DNA of 64,000 nt, from positions 1 to 64,000 of the forward strand of contig JAVBPX010000003.1 of the NCBI GenBank assembly GCA_031549365.1, written 5' to 3'. Positions 39,973 to 50,549 of this stretch are shown one piece after another. The notes below the pieces were generated by a model. It was not told the DNA's origin and made no database searches. It was given only the letters and a program-made list of their open reading frames with translations. Positions within the stretch are counted from its first letter, which is position 1. Each line of letters starts with the position of its first letter. Made by a program: the position numbers and the translations under genes. Source of the DNA: Alphaproteobacteria bacterium (GTDB lineage Bacteria; Pseudomonadota; Alphaproteobacteria; Rs-D84).

Positions 39973-42606
39973 ATGTTGTGGATTAAAATGTTGGGCAAAA
40001 TCATTGGATCGGCCAATGATCGTGAAATTAAAACTTATTCAAAAACTGTTTCATTAATTAACGATTTGGAACCAAAATATCATGCTATGCAGGATGATGA
40101 ATTACGTCATCAAACTGAAATATTTCGCGAACGTTTGAAAAATGGTGAAACCGAAATGGATATTTTACCGGATGCTTTTGCCGCTGTGCGCGAGGCGTCA
40201 ATCAGATCATTGGGAATGCGTCATTTTGATGTACAATTAATCGGTGGTATGGTTTTGGTTGATGGCAAAATTGCTGAAATGAAAACCGGCGAAGGAAAAA
40301 CATTAGTTGCAACATTGGCGATGTATTTAAAGGCTTTGTCTGGCCAAGGCACACACCTGGTTACCGTAAATGATTATTTGGCGGCACGCGATGCCGAATG
40401 GATGGGTAAATTATACAAATTTATGGGATTGAGTGTCGGGATTATTCAACATGACATGAACGATGATGAACGCCGCAATGCGTATGCGTGCGATATTACG
40501 TATGTTACAAATTCAGAATTGGGATTTGATTATTTGCGTGATAATATGAAATTTTCAGTTGAACAACAAGTTTTGCGTCCTATGCACTTTGCAATCGTTG
40601 ACGAAGTCGATTCTATTTTAATTGACGAAGCGCGCACACCATTAATTATTTCAGGCCCGGCCGAGGATTCATCAGGACTATATATGTCAATTGATAATGT
40701 TGTTAAACAATTAAAGCCTGAACATTACAAAAAGGACGAAAAAGACCGCCATGTTACATTAACCGAAGAAGGCGTCGATTTCATTCAACAGATTTTAATC
40801 AACGAAAAATTAATCGAAGGAAACAATCTGTATGATTCTATCAATTCGTCCGTTGTTAATCATATTCAGCAATCATTATTGGCGCATTTAATGTATCAAA
40901 AAGATGTTAATTATGTTGTGCGTTCGGGCCAAGTTATGATTGTTGATGAATTCACAGGTCGCGTACTAGAAGGTCGCCGCTTTTCCCGCGGATTGCACCA
41001 AGCGCTGGAAGCCAAAGAACACGTTGAAATTCAGCCAGAAAATCAAACGATGTCATCCATTTCATACCAAAATTTATTCCGAATTTATCCAAAATTATCA
41101 GGAATGACTGGTACCGCCATGACCGAGGCGACAGAATTCGAAGAAATTTATAAATTACAAACTGTATCAATCCCAACAAATCGCCCGGTTTCGCGAATCG
41201 ATCATCATGACGAAATTTATCGCACTCGCGATGAAAAATATGATGCAATTTTAAATGTGATTTCCGATTGTCAAAAACGCGGTCAGCCTGTTTTGGTTGG
41301 AACAATCACGATTGAAAAATCCGAAGAATTGGCACAATTGATTGAAAAAAAATTAAAATTAAAGCCCGCTGTTTTGAACGCAAAACAGCACGAACGCGAG
41401 GGTCGAATCATCGCCCAAGCCGGTCAACCCGGCGCTTTGACAATTGCGACCAACATGGCTGGCCGCGGAACCGATATTAAATTGGGTGGAAGCGCCGAAG
41501 ATTTAATCGCAGATTTGGACGCGTCAGACAAAGATTTCGAAAAGAAAAAAGCCGCAATTTATGATCGCGTCGAAGCCGATAAAATTCGCGTTTTGGATGC
41601 CGGCGGACTATATGTAATTGGAACCGAACGTCATGAATCGCGCAGAATTGATAATCAGTTACGCGGTCGTTCAGGACGCCAAGGGGATCCAGGAAATTCC
41701 AAATTTTTCCTGTCATTACAGGATGATTTAATGCGAATTTTTGGCGCTTCTCGATTGGATTCAATGTTGGTTACATTGGGATTAAAACCGGGAGAGGCCA
41801 TTATTCATCCCTGGATTTCCAAGGCTTTGGCCAAAGCACAAAAACGTGTCGAAGAAAGACATTTCGAAGCCCGCAAAGAATTATTAAAATATGACAATGT
41901 TATGAATGAACAACGCTTGGTTGTTTACAAACAACGTCATGAATTAATGACGAATACAGATTTACATGATTTCATAATTGACATTACAACAGATGTTGTT
42001 GAACAAATTGCAGAAACAAATATTCCTGAAAAATCAACAACCGAAGATTGGAATATCGATCGTATGCGCGAACAAATGTTGATGACTTTTGGTTTGAATA
42101 TCACAGACATGGACAAATGGCGTAACGACCCCGAAATCACAGATGTCAAAGCATTCCAAGCATTGCATGGATTGGCTCGCGATCGATATGATGCCCAACG
42201 CAAACGTTATGGAAATGAATTAATGCACCAAGCAGAACGTCAGGTTACATTACATGCATTGGATACATGCTGGAAAAAACATTTGCAGAATATGGATCAT
42301 TTACAGGCTGGGATTGGGCTCCGCGGGTACGGGCAAAAAAATCCATTGAATGAATACAAAAAAGAAGCTTTTGAATTATTTGCTGAAATGATGTACCATT
42401 TCAAAGTAATGGCGTTGACTTATATTTGTCGTTTGGAATTGTCCCGCGATGATTTGGATGCAATGAAACGCGACCAAGAACAACATGACGAAAATTTGAA
42501 CGAAGCCGATGTGGCCGAAAACCAGGGCACAAAAGTTTCCAGAAACGACCAATGTCCATGTGGATCTGGGAAAAAGTATAAACATTGCTGTGGCAAATTG
42601 GTATAA
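39973..42606 (+). CDS. secA: preprotein translocase ATPase SecA
   Basis: AEMKTGEGKT, DEVDSILIDEARTPLIISG, ATNMAGRGTDI, C-terminal CPCGSGKKYKHC. Confidence 0.98.
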   Translation: MLWIKMLGKIIGSANDREIKTYSKTVSLINDLEPKYHAMQDDELRHQTEIFRERLKNGETEMDILPDAFAAVREASIRSLGMRHFDVQLIGGMVLVDGKIAEMKTGEGKTLVATLAMYLKALSGQGTHLVTVNDYLAARDAEWMGKLYKFMGLSVGIIQHDMNDDERRNAYACDITYVTNSELGFDYLRDNMKFSVEQQVLRPMHFAIVDEVDSILIDEARTPLIISGPAEDSSGLYMSIDNVVKQLKPEHYKKDEKDRHVTLTEEGVDFIQQILINEKLIEGNNLYDSINSSVVNHIQQSLLAHLMYQKDVNYVVRSGQVMIVDEFTGRVLEGRRFSRGLHQALEAKEHVEIQPENQTMSSISYQNLFRIYPKLSGMTGTAMTEATEFEEIYKLQTVSIPTNRPVSRIDHHDEIYRTRDEKYDAILNVISDCQKRGQPVLVGTITIEKSEELAQLIEKKLKLKPAVLNAKQHEREGRIIAQAGQPGALTIATNMAGRGTDIKLGGSAEDLIADLDASDKDFEKKKAAIYDRVEADKIRVLDAGGLYVIGTERHESRRIDNQLRGRSGRQGDPGNSKFFLSLQDDLMRIFGASRLDSMLVTLGLKPGEAIIHPWISKALAKAQKRVEERHFEARKELLKYDNVMNEQRLVVYKQRHELMTNTDLHDFIIDITTDVVEQIAETNIPEKSTTEDWNIDRMREQMLMTFGLNITDMDKWRNDPEITDVKAFQALHGLARDRYDAQRKRYGNELMHQAERQVTLHALDTCWKKHLQNMDHLQAGIGLRGYGQKNPLNEYKKEAFELFAEMMYHFKVMALTYICRLELSRDDLDAMKRDQEQHDENLNEADVAENQGTKVSRNDQCPCGSGKKYKHCCGKLV

Positions 42607-42620
42607 AGGGGGAAATTTAA

Positions 42621-45600
42621 ATGGATGCGCGTTTTGTACATTTGCGATTACATTCCGCGTATTCGTTATCCGAAGGTGCTATTTTTGTAAAAAAAATTCC
42701 GGATTTATGCCAAAAAATGGGCATGCCCGCGATTGCAATTACAGATACAAATGCTTTGTTTGGCGCCCCCCTATTTTCAGTTGAATGTAAAAAAAATAAA
42801 ATTCAGCCAATTATTGGTATTACTATTTCTTTTAATCAACACGATGTGTCAGTTACAAATAATTTGCGGCAAAATCAATTGTCCAAAATTGTTTTGCTAA
42901 CCATGAACGAAGATGGATTTCAAAATTTATCCAAATTAATCACTGACGCGTATTTGAGAATCGACAATTTGCATTTGGGCCCATATATTACATTTGATGA
43001 ATTGGCGACGAATAATTCTGGGTTAATTTGTTTATCCGGCGGCGTTAACGGACCAATTGGAATGGCTTTATTAAATAACCAACCCGATTTGGCACGCGAT
43101 TTTTCAAAACGTTTTGCTGATATGTTTTCAGACCGTTTTTATATGGAAATTCAACGACATGCAACCGATGATGAAATTAAAACCGAATCAGATTTTTTGG
43201 ATTTGGCGTATGATTTAAATATTCCTGTGGTTGCTACGAACGATGTATATTTCCCAAATGTGGACGCTTTCGAAGCGCATGACGCGCTGTTATGCATTGC
43301 GGCCGGGACCAAGGTAATTGACCCGGATCGTCGTCGCGAAACACCCGAACATTATTTTAAATCCGTGGATGAAATGTGTGAATTGTTTTCGGATTTACCC
43401 GAAGCAATTAATAACACCGTAAACATCGCCAAACGTTGTACATACGTTGTTCCAAATCGCCCACCATTATTACCAAAATTTGCAGAATCGTTCGATCGCG
43501 AAATTGAAATTTTACGTGAAAAAACAATGACTGGATTGATCGGCCGATTGAACGCTGAAAAAATTCCACAAGATGAACGCCAACAATATTTTGATCAGGC
43601 TGAATTTGAATTATCAGTTATTATTCGAATGAAGTTTCCAGGGTATTTTTTAATTGTTGCCGACTTTATACAATGGTCCAAAGACAATGATATTTTGGTC
43701 GGTCCTGGTCGTGGTTCGGGCGCTGGTTCAGTTGTCGCGTGGTCATTAAATATTACAAATGTTAACCCTTTGCGATATGGATTGTTGTTCGAAAGATTTT
43801 TAAATCCAGATCGTATTTCCATGCCCGACTTTGATATTGATTTCGATCCAGATGGCCGCGATCGCGTGGTTGATTATGTACAAAAAAAATACGGCACGGA
43901 TCGGGTTTCGCAAATTATAACTTTTGGTTCATTATTGTCGCGCGGAACGATACGTGATGTTGGTCGCGTGTTTGGAATGCCTTATGGTAAAATGGACAGG
44001 CTGGCCAAATTAATTCCGTCTGGCCCTGGCGCGCCCGGATTACGCGACGCAATTGATCAATCAATTGATATCCAAGAGATGTTGGACGCGGATTCCGATT
44101 TGAAAAAAGTTGCCGAAATTTCCACACAATTGGAGGGGTTATTCCGCCATGCCGGCGTTCACGCGGCGGGTGTTATTATTGGCGATCGGCCATTGGTTGA
44201 ATTGGCCCCACTGTACAAGGATCCATCAAACGAATTACCTGCAACCCAATACGATTTAAAATTCGTCGAAGACGTTGGTTTAATCAAGTTCGACTTTTTG
44301 GGATTGAAAACTTTGTCCGTTATAAAAAAGGCTTGTTCTCTGATTGCGGAATCACGCGGAATAAAAATTGATATTGATAAAATTCCATTGGACGATTCAG
44401 AAACATTTAAATTATTAAAATTTGGCAAAACTGTTGGTGTGTTCCAATTGGAAAGTTCCGGCATGCGTCAGGTTTTGGCACAAATGCAGCCAACATTATT
44501 CGAAGAAATCGTTGCCGTTGTTGCGTTGTATCGCCCGGGGCCTATGGCCAGCATTCCGGATTATATTGAGCGCAAACACGGTCGGTCCAAAGTTGAATAT
44601 GTTCATCCGTTGGCCGAACCGGCCCTGAAAGAAACATATGGCGTTATTGTGTATCAAGAACAAGTCATGGAAATATCCAAACGCTTGGCTGGATTTACCC
44701 CTGGTATGGCGGATACATTGCGCAAAGCAATGGGTAAAAAAATCAAGGCCGTTATGGACGATTTACGTGTCAAATTTGTCGAAGGTTGTCAAACAAATTC
44801 AGGCATGACCGAAACTGATTCGAACCATTTATATGATGTGTTTGTAAAATTTGCCGAATATGCTTTTAATAAATCCCATTCTGTATGCTATGCCGTTATT
44901 TCAATGCAGACAGCGTATTTAAAGGCAAATTTTCCAGCCGAATTTTTTGCAGCTTCGATGAGTTACGATTTGGCAGATTCCGACAAACTGGCATTATTTA
45001 TTGATGATGCAACATCAAATTTTCGTTTGGAAATCGTTGCCCCAGATATTAATAAATCCGGTGCCAGATTTCGTGTTCGCGATAATAAAATTTTGTATGC
45101 GTTGGCCGCAATCAAGGGTATCGGAGTATCTGCTGTAATCCCAATTGTTCGTGAACGCGACGAAAACGGATCATTTAAAAACATAACCGATTTTGCGACA
45201 CGTTGTTCCGGGATGTTAAACAAACGCGTATTGGAAGCATTAATCAAAGCCGGCGCAATGGATTCATTATGCCGCGACCGCGCATTACTGTACCAAAATA
45301 TGGATGCTATTATTGGATTTGCAGATAAAAATAAATCCAAATGCGGAAAACAAATTTCATTATTTGAAATGACAGATGCAGATGATGTTGGCGACGACAG
45401 ATTAATGTTAAATTTACCACGCACAACACCGTGGACTTTTGGCGAACGCTTGAAACATGAACACAGCGTTTTGGGATTTTATATTTCCGCGCATCCGCTG
45501 GATCAGTATCGTGAATTAATGGATCGCGATGGATTGGCATGTTCAACCATGTTAAAACAAAAGGCTGACGGGTCAATAGTTCGAATCGCAATGTGCGTTG

Positions 45601-46046
45601 ATAATGTGAACAAACGCACCACGCGCGCAGGCAAACCAATGGTTATAGTTACAGGATCCGATCATGTTGGATCGATTGATGCGGTTGCGTTTGGATTTTC
45701 AGTTGATACTGTTTATAAAACCGCAACATCTGAATCTGCAATTGTTTTAACGGCCAAAGTTTCACAACGCGACGATTCAACATCATTAATGGTCAATGCG
45801 ATCCAACCATTATCCGAATGGGTTGCGTCTTCTGCACATAAAATTGTTTTGGATGTTCATAATCAAAATGCTTTGGCTGATTTAAAAATGGTATTGGATA
45901 ATTTGCCATCTGGCCTCACAAAAATTCACATGAATTTATATTCAAATGGCAAAGTTACATCGATTATATTGCCGCGCTCGGTCCAATTGGATGGCGCATC
46001 GATTTTAAAATTAAACGAATTGGTTACCCGGGTTTCTATAACTTGA
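42621..46046 (+). CDS. dnaE: DNA polymerase III alpha subunit
   Basis: FVHLRLHSAYSL, GPGRGSGAGS, SMPDFDIDF, YAFNKSH, clamp motif QISLF. Confidence 0.98.
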   Translation: MDARFVHLRLHSAYSLSEGAIFVKKIPDLCQKMGMPAIAITDTNALFGAPLFSVECKKNKIQPIIGITISFNQHDVSVTNNLRQNQLSKIVLLTMNEDGFQNLSKLITDAYLRIDNLHLGPYITFDELATNNSGLICLSGGVNGPIGMALLNNQPDLARDFSKRFADMFSDRFYMEIQRHATDDEIKTESDFLDLAYDLNIPVVATNDVYFPNVDAFEAHDALLCIAAGTKVIDPDRRRETPEHYFKSVDEMCELFSDLPEAINNTVNIAKRCTYVVPNRPPLLPKFAESFDREIEILREKTMTGLIGRLNAEKIPQDERQQYFDQAEFELSVIIRMKFPGYFLIVADFIQWSKDNDILVGPGRGSGAGSVVAWSLNITNVNPLRYGLLFERFLNPDRISMPDFDIDFDPDGRDRVVDYVQKKYGTDRVSQIITFGSLLSRGTIRDVGRVFGMPYGKMDRLAKLIPSGPGAPGLRDAIDQSIDIQEMLDADSDLKKVAEISTQLEGLFRHAGVHAAGVIIGDRPLVELAPLYKDPSNELPATQYDLKFVEDVGLIKFDFLGLKTLSVIKKACSLIAESRGIKIDIDKIPLDDSETFKLLKFGKTVGVFQLESSGMRQVLAQMQPTLFEEIVAVVALYRPGPMASIPDYIERKHGRSKVEYVHPLAEPALKETYGVIVYQEQVMEISKRLAGFTPGMADTLRKAMGKKIKAVMDDLRVKFVEGCQTNSGMTETDSNHLYDVFVKFAEYAFNKSHSVCYAVISMQTAYLKANFPAEFFAASMSYDLADSDKLALFIDDATSNFRLEIVAPDINKSGARFRVRDNKILYALAAIKGIGVSAVIPIVRERDENGSFKNITDFATRCSGMLNKRVLEALIKAGAMDSLCRDRALLYQNMDAIIGFADKNKSKCGKQISLFEMTDADDVGDDRLMLNLPRTTPWTFGERLKHEHSVLGFYISAHPLDQYRELMDRDGLACSTMLKQKADGSIVRIAMCVDNVNKRTTRAGKPMVIVTGSDHVGSIDAVAFGFSVDTVYKTATSESAIVLTAKVSQRDDSTSLMVNAIQPLSEWVASSAHKIVLDVHNQNALADLKMVLDNLPSGLTKIHMNLYSNGKVTSIILPRSVQLDGASILKLNELVTRVSIT

Positions 46047-46064
46047 ACCGCCCGCGCCGAATTT

Positions 46065-46093
46065 AAAAAATCCCGGAATATCCCGGGATTTTT
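46065..46093. terminator. bidirectional terminator
   Basis: AAAAAATCCCGG-AATATC-CCGGGATTTTT. Confidence 0.8.
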
Positions 46094-46112
46094 ATTAAAT
46101 ATTTGAAATATT

Positions 46113-46493
46113 TTATTCTGCTTCGGGCGCTGGCGCAACTTCGGCTTCGTCGTTAACAATTTCAGCCTCGATAATTTCTGGGGCAACATTGTCCGCCAAT
46201 TCAGCATCAATTTCTTTTAATAATGGATCTTCTACTTCGGTTTCTTCGATTGCATTGAAATCGATTTTTCCCAATGATTTATAGCTTTGAATTAATTCGT
46301 CGCGCAATGCATTTGCATCCAATTTCCCAGATGCAATTTCACGCAATGCTATAACGATTCTTTTATCGTCACGGGTTGGAACAACCGGTTCGGTCCCAGC
46401 AGTTAAATCGCGGACACGTTGTCCCGCCAATAAATTTAATTCGTATTTGTCATCAACATATTTCATACAATCGGATATAGTTGTGCGTGCCAT
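46113..46493 (-). CDS. rpoZ: RNA polymerase omega subunit
   Basis: MARTTISDC..YELNLLAGQRVR..IALREIA with acidic tail; SD AAGGA. Confidence 0.93.
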   Translation of the reverse strand: MARTTISDCMKYVDDKYELNLLAGQRVRDLTAGTEPVVPTRDDKRIVIALREIASGKLDANALRDELIQSYKSLGKIDFNAIEETEVEDPLLKEIDAELADNVAPEIIEAEIVNDEAEVAPAPEAE

Positions 46494-46558
46494 GGTTTTA
46501 TTCCTTTCAGTCTTGCAAAATGATTTTGTCGTGTTATGATGCGGTAAAGGATTTGAAA

Positions 46559-47815
46559 ATGCAAGAAAAAAATGTAAAAATGGCGGTTTTTGGCTGTCGA
46601 TTGAACAGTTTCGAAGCTGAAAAAATACGAACAATTGTATCAAATGCGAATTTTGATGATGTGATTGTATTTAATACTTGCGCCGTCACGGCCGAGGCTG
46701 AACGCCAGGCTCGCCAATCCGTGCGCCGAGCATATCGCGAAAATCCGAACCGAAAAATCATTGTTGTTGGGTGCGCAGCATCGGCCAATGCCGAATTATT
46801 TGCAAATTTACCCGGTGTAATCAAGGTCATAGGGAATCGTGATAAATTTGATATAAATGCATATACCTGTTCCAATGTTATCGTTAATAATCCGATGGCT
46901 TTTGATGAATCTGCGCCAATGCATTTGGATACAATGGTTGAACATTTTGAAAAATTAACCCGCGGTTTCGTCCAAATTCAACAAGGATGCGATCATGCAT
47001 GCACGTTTTGTCTGGTGCGAAAGTTACGTGGGGCAAATAAATCATTCCCATATGAACATATTAGGGCCCAGGCTGAAATTCTGGTCAATCACGGATATCA
47101 TGAAATTGTTTTAACTGGTGTGGATATTGCAGGATACCGCGATAATGATGGAGGATTGATATCGTTGGTTAAAAAATTACTAAACGATATTAATGGAATT
47201 AAACGCATTCGTTTATCATCATTGGATCCCGCATTGGATTGGCGCGAATTGGTTGATTTAATGAATAATGATGATCGTGTTATGCCACACATTCATTTGT
47301 CAATGCAATCTGGGGCTGATCCAATTTTACGGATGATGGGACGCCGCCATTTGGTCGAACACGTTCGAAAATTGGTAAACTATGCAAATTCGGGTGCACG
47401 CGAAATAACATTTGGATGGGATATGATTACTGGATTTCCGGGTGAATCGAACGAATTATTTTTGGATACACAAAATTTGGTTCGCGAATTAAAACCAACG
47501 CATTTACATTTGTTTCCATATTCCCCCCGCCCTGGGACCCCGGCCGCGTCCATGACGAACGCCATTCCGAAACACGTGGCGCGGGAACGCGTTGCCGCAT
47601 TGAACGAAATTGGACAACGCAATTTATTAAACCATATGATGAAACAAGTTGGAAAAACAGTTGAAATTTTGGTAGAAGACAATGGCGTTGGATACACCCC
47701 AAATTATGTCCCTGTGAAATTAAACAATCGCCCAACCCCATTTTCAATATTAAATGCTGAATTGACGGATATTGATCATGAAAATATACGGTTCATTGGA
47801 AATGCCAAAGATTGA
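46559..47815 (+). CDS. mtaB: tRNA methylthiotransferase MtaB (MiaB-like radical SAM)
   Basis: FGCRLNSFE, NTCAVT, QQGCDHACTFC, FPYSPRPGTPAA. Confidence 0.9.
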   Translation: MQEKNVKMAVFGCRLNSFEAEKIRTIVSNANFDDVIVFNTCAVTAEAERQARQSVRRAYRENPNRKIIVVGCAASANAELFANLPGVIKVIGNRDKFDINAYTCSNVIVNNPMAFDESAPMHLDTMVEHFEKLTRGFVQIQQGCDHACTFCLVRKLRGANKSFPYEHIRAQAEILVNHGYHEIVLTGVDIAGYRDNDGGLISLVKKLLNDINGIKRIRLSSLDPALDWRELVDLMNNDDRVMPHIHLSMQSGADPILRMMGRRHLVEHVRKLVNYANSGAREITFGWDMITGFPGESNELFLDTQNLVRELKPTHLHLFPYSPRPGTPAASMTNAIPKHVARERVAALNEIGQRNLLNHMMKQVGKTVEILVEDNGVGYTPNYVPVKLNNRPTPFSILNAELTDIDHENIRFIGNAKD

Positions 47816-48575
47816 TAAAAATTTATCATCAAAAATATCCCCCTCGCCCCTTGCGGGAGAGGGTCGGGGTGAGGGGTCGCACAGAAAATACGATATCAAA
47901 ACGAAGACTTTTGCAAGAAATTTAAGAAAAAATCAAACAGATGTAGAAATAAAATTATGGTCAGTATTGCGAAATAATAATTTTAAAGATTTTAAATTTC
48001 GCCGACAATTTCAAATTGACAATAAATACATAGCCGATTTTGTTTGTTTGGAAAAAAGGTTAATCATTGAACTTGATGGCGGGCAACATTCAGAAAGCAA
48101 TCATGATAAAATACGAACAAAATATATAAACAAACAAAATTTTAAAATTTTACGATTTTGGAATAATGAAATTAATAAAAATATGGATGGATGCCTGGCC
48201 GCGATTATGAATGAATTGTTAAAAAACCCTCACCCTGACCCTCTCCCGCAAGGGACGAGGGAACATATTGAATCTAGAAAACAATTTAAACGCAACATCG
48301 AAAATTTTATTTGCAAACATTGCGGCACATCGGTCGTTGGCAACGGATACACAAATCATTGTCCAAAATGTTTATACAGTTTGGATGTCGATATTAACCC
48401 GGGCGATCGAGCATCAAATTGCGGTGGGTTGATGAAGCCGATTGGGATTACAGTACGTGGGGATGATTACATAATTCATCATAAATGTGTAAAGTGTGGC
48501 AAAGAACGGCCAAATAAATCATCTCCAAACGATGATATGAATGCAATAATAAAAATATCAAAACAAGAAATTTAA
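47802..48575 (+). CDS. DUF559 endonuclease-RNHCP domain fusion protein
   Basis: ARNLRKNQTDVE..LW..FRRQ..YIADF..IIELDGGQH..LRFWN, then FICKHCG..NHCPKCLYS..PGDRASNCGGLM. Confidence 0.88.
   Translation: MPKIDKNLSSKISPSPLAGEGRGEGSHRKYDIKTKTFARNLRKNQTDVEIKLWSVLRNNNFKDFKFRRQFQIDNKYIADFVCLEKRLIIELDGGQHSESNHDKIRTKYINKQNFKILRFWNNEINKNMDGCLAAIMNELLKNPHPDPLPQGTREHIESRKQFKRNIENFICKHCGTSVVGNGYTNHCPKCLYSLDVDINPGDRASNCGGLMKPIGITVRGDDYIIHHKCVKCGKERPNKSSPNDDMNAIIKISKQEI
47841..48261 (+). mobile_element. inverted-repeat-bounded DUF559 cassette
   Basis: 35-bp GC-rich inverted repeats at 47841-47875 and 48227-48261 (33/35 match) flanking an AT-rich DUF559 domain. Confidence 0.7.
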
Positions 48576-48629
48576 AAAACCAGCGCGAATACTGGGCAAT
48601 AAAAAATCCCCCGATTTGGGGGATAAATA

Positions 48630-48836
48630 TTAGAATCCGAAAACCATTTTTTGTTTTGATTGACGTTTCTTTTCACGACGGACAGCTTCCGCGCCCAAGC
48701 GTTTTTTTGCTTCGGTTGGGGTTTCGTGGCGTTGACGTTCCTTCATTTCGCGATACAGTCCTTCCTTTTGCGCTTTACGTTTTGCAACACGCAATGCTTG
48801 TTCAACGTTGTTATCACGAACAGACACTTTTACCAT
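48630..48836 (-). CDS. rpsU: 30S ribosomal protein S21
   Basis: VSVRDNNVEQALRVAKRK..EGLYREMK. Confidence 0.95.
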   Translation of the reverse strand: MVKVSVRDNNVEQALRVAKRKAQKEGLYREMKERQRHETPTEAKKRLGAEAVRREKKRQSKQKMVFGF

Positions 48837-49002
48837 TTAAATACACCCCCTTTTTGAAACGTTTGATGGTTAAACAGGCCCGTATTATGAACATATTCCA
48901 TTGAAATAGCAAGAAATAATTTAAAAAATAAAATCGGATTGCCGGCCATGCTGATTTTTGCTATAATGCATCGGCATTTTAAATCACACAAAGGAGTATT
49001 AA

Positions 49003-50016
49003 ATGGCAAAAAAAATTCGCGTTGCAATTAACGGATTTGGTCGTATTGGACGCTTGGTATTACGCGCAGCATTGGAATCCGGACGATCGGACATTGAATT
49101 CGTTGCAATTAACGATTTGGCACCAGTGAATGTATCGGCCCATTTGTTGGAATATGATTCGGTTCATCGTCATTTGGATAAAAAGATTAAATTCGGCAAA
49201 GACTTCATTGAAATTGATGGAAAAAAAATCCCGGTGTTTGCGGAACGCGATCCGAAAATGTTGCCTTGGAAAAAATTAAATGTTGATATCGTTATGGAAT
49301 GTACCGGCATATTTACCGCCGCAGACAAAGCGCGAGTTCATTTGGATGCCGGCGCAAAACGAGTATTGGTATCGGCCCCATCCGATGGCGCAGACGCCAC
49401 TATCGTATACGGCGTTAATGAAAAAACTTTGAAAAAATCACATAAAATTATTTCAAATGCTTCGTGTACAACAAATTGTTTGGCCCCGATTGCATCCGTG
49501 TTGGATGAAAAATTCGGAATTGTTTCCGGATATATGACAACATGCCATGCTTATACCGGCGACCAACGTTTGGTTGATACTGAACATCGCGATTTACGCC
49601 GCGCACGCGCAGCCGCCATGTCAATGATTCCATCGTCAACGGGCGCTGCCAAGGCGATCGGTTTGGTATTACCAAAATTGGCCGGCAAATTGGACGGAAC
49701 ATCAATCCGCGTTCCAACACCGGACGTATCTGTTGTTGAACTGGTCGTTTCGTTAAAAAAGAAAACAACCGAATCCGAAGTAAATATCGCAATGGATGCG
49801 GCCGCAAAAAAACAATTGAAAAACATTTTGGGATACAATCAACACCAATTGGTATCGATTGATTTCACACACGATCCACGCAGTTCAATTTTTGATGCAA
49901 CCCAAACCAAAGTAATTGGCGGTAATTTGTTGCATGTAACCGCCTGGTACGATAACGAATGGGGATTTTCAAACCGCATGTGCGACACCGCTGTTGCGAT
50001 TGGCAAATTGATTTAA
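49003..50016 (+). CDS. gap: glyceraldehyde-3-phosphate dehydrogenase type I
   Basis: INGFGRIGR, SNASCTTNCLAP, WYDNEWGFS. Confidence 0.97.
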   Translation: MAKKIRVAINGFGRIGRLVLRAALESGRSDIEFVAINDLAPVNVSAHLLEYDSVHRHLDKKIKFGKDFIEIDGKKIPVFAERDPKMLPWKKLNVDIVMECTGIFTAADKARVHLDAGAKRVLVSAPSDGADATIVYGVNEKTLKKSHKIISNASCTTNCLAPIASVLDEKFGIVSGYMTTCHAYTGDQRLVDTEHRDLRRARAAAMSMIPSSTGAAKAIGLVLPKLAGKLDGTSIRVPTPDVSVVELVVSLKKKTTESEVNIAMDAAAKKQLKNILGYNQHQLVSIDFTHDPRSSIFDATQTKVIGGNLLHVTAWYDNEWGFSNRMCDTAVAIGKLI

Positions 50017-50031
50017 TTCGATTTAAACCCT

Positions 50032-50057
50032 GCCCCGTATAACGCGGGGCTTTTTTA
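50032..50057 (+). terminator. intrinsic terminator
   Basis: GCCCCGT-ATAAC-GCGGGGC followed by T6. Confidence 0.75.
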
Positions 50058-50128
50058 TGTAGTATATTCTTATTGACAATACTTTTCGTTTGTTACAAAA
50101 TGAAAGTCATAAACCAAAGGATTATATT

Positions 50129-50548
50129 ATGTGGACAAATAAAACATGGTTAAACAAAAAATGGGTTAATTTGCAAGCGATTACGAAAATCAAGAATAAA
50201 GCAGATAAATCATCTGTGGCAACAGAAGCAGAGTTTTCAGATTTTGAAAACGCTGAAATAGTAAAGTTTTTGGATTTGGGATATGGCCTGCGCTATGTTG
50301 GCGGAGCGATAAAGTTATACCACAGCCTGAAAGAGATTATGCCAATACTATCGAAACACAGATCAAACAATTCGGTGGACTTGGTTTGGAGCGAATCTTT
50401 GGAATATGAAATTGGGATAACAAGAGAATTACATCTTTTGGATAAGATTAAAGATTTAAAAAAAGAGCTTGCAGAAGTCGAATTAAAAAACATAGAAAAA
50501 GCGCGTAAATTAGTGGAAGATATGCGCGAAATATCAAACGGAAGATAA
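50129..50548 (+). CDS. lineage-specific hypothetical protein (ends SNGR)
   Basis: TTGACA at ~50074, SD AAGGA before ATG 50129; coiled-coil C-terminus. Confidence 0.7.
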   Translation: MWTNKTWLNKKWVNLQAITKIKNKADKSSVATEAEFSDFENAEIVKFLDLGYGLRYVGGAIKLYHSLKEIMPILSKHRSNNSVDLVWSESLEYEIGITRELHLLDKIKDLKKELAEVELKNIEKARKLVEDMREISNGR

Positions 50549-50549
50549 A

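Noticed and set aside
39443-39986. Two plus-strand ORFs (148 and 125 aa)
   Set aside because: Antisense to the RNase P RNA gene.
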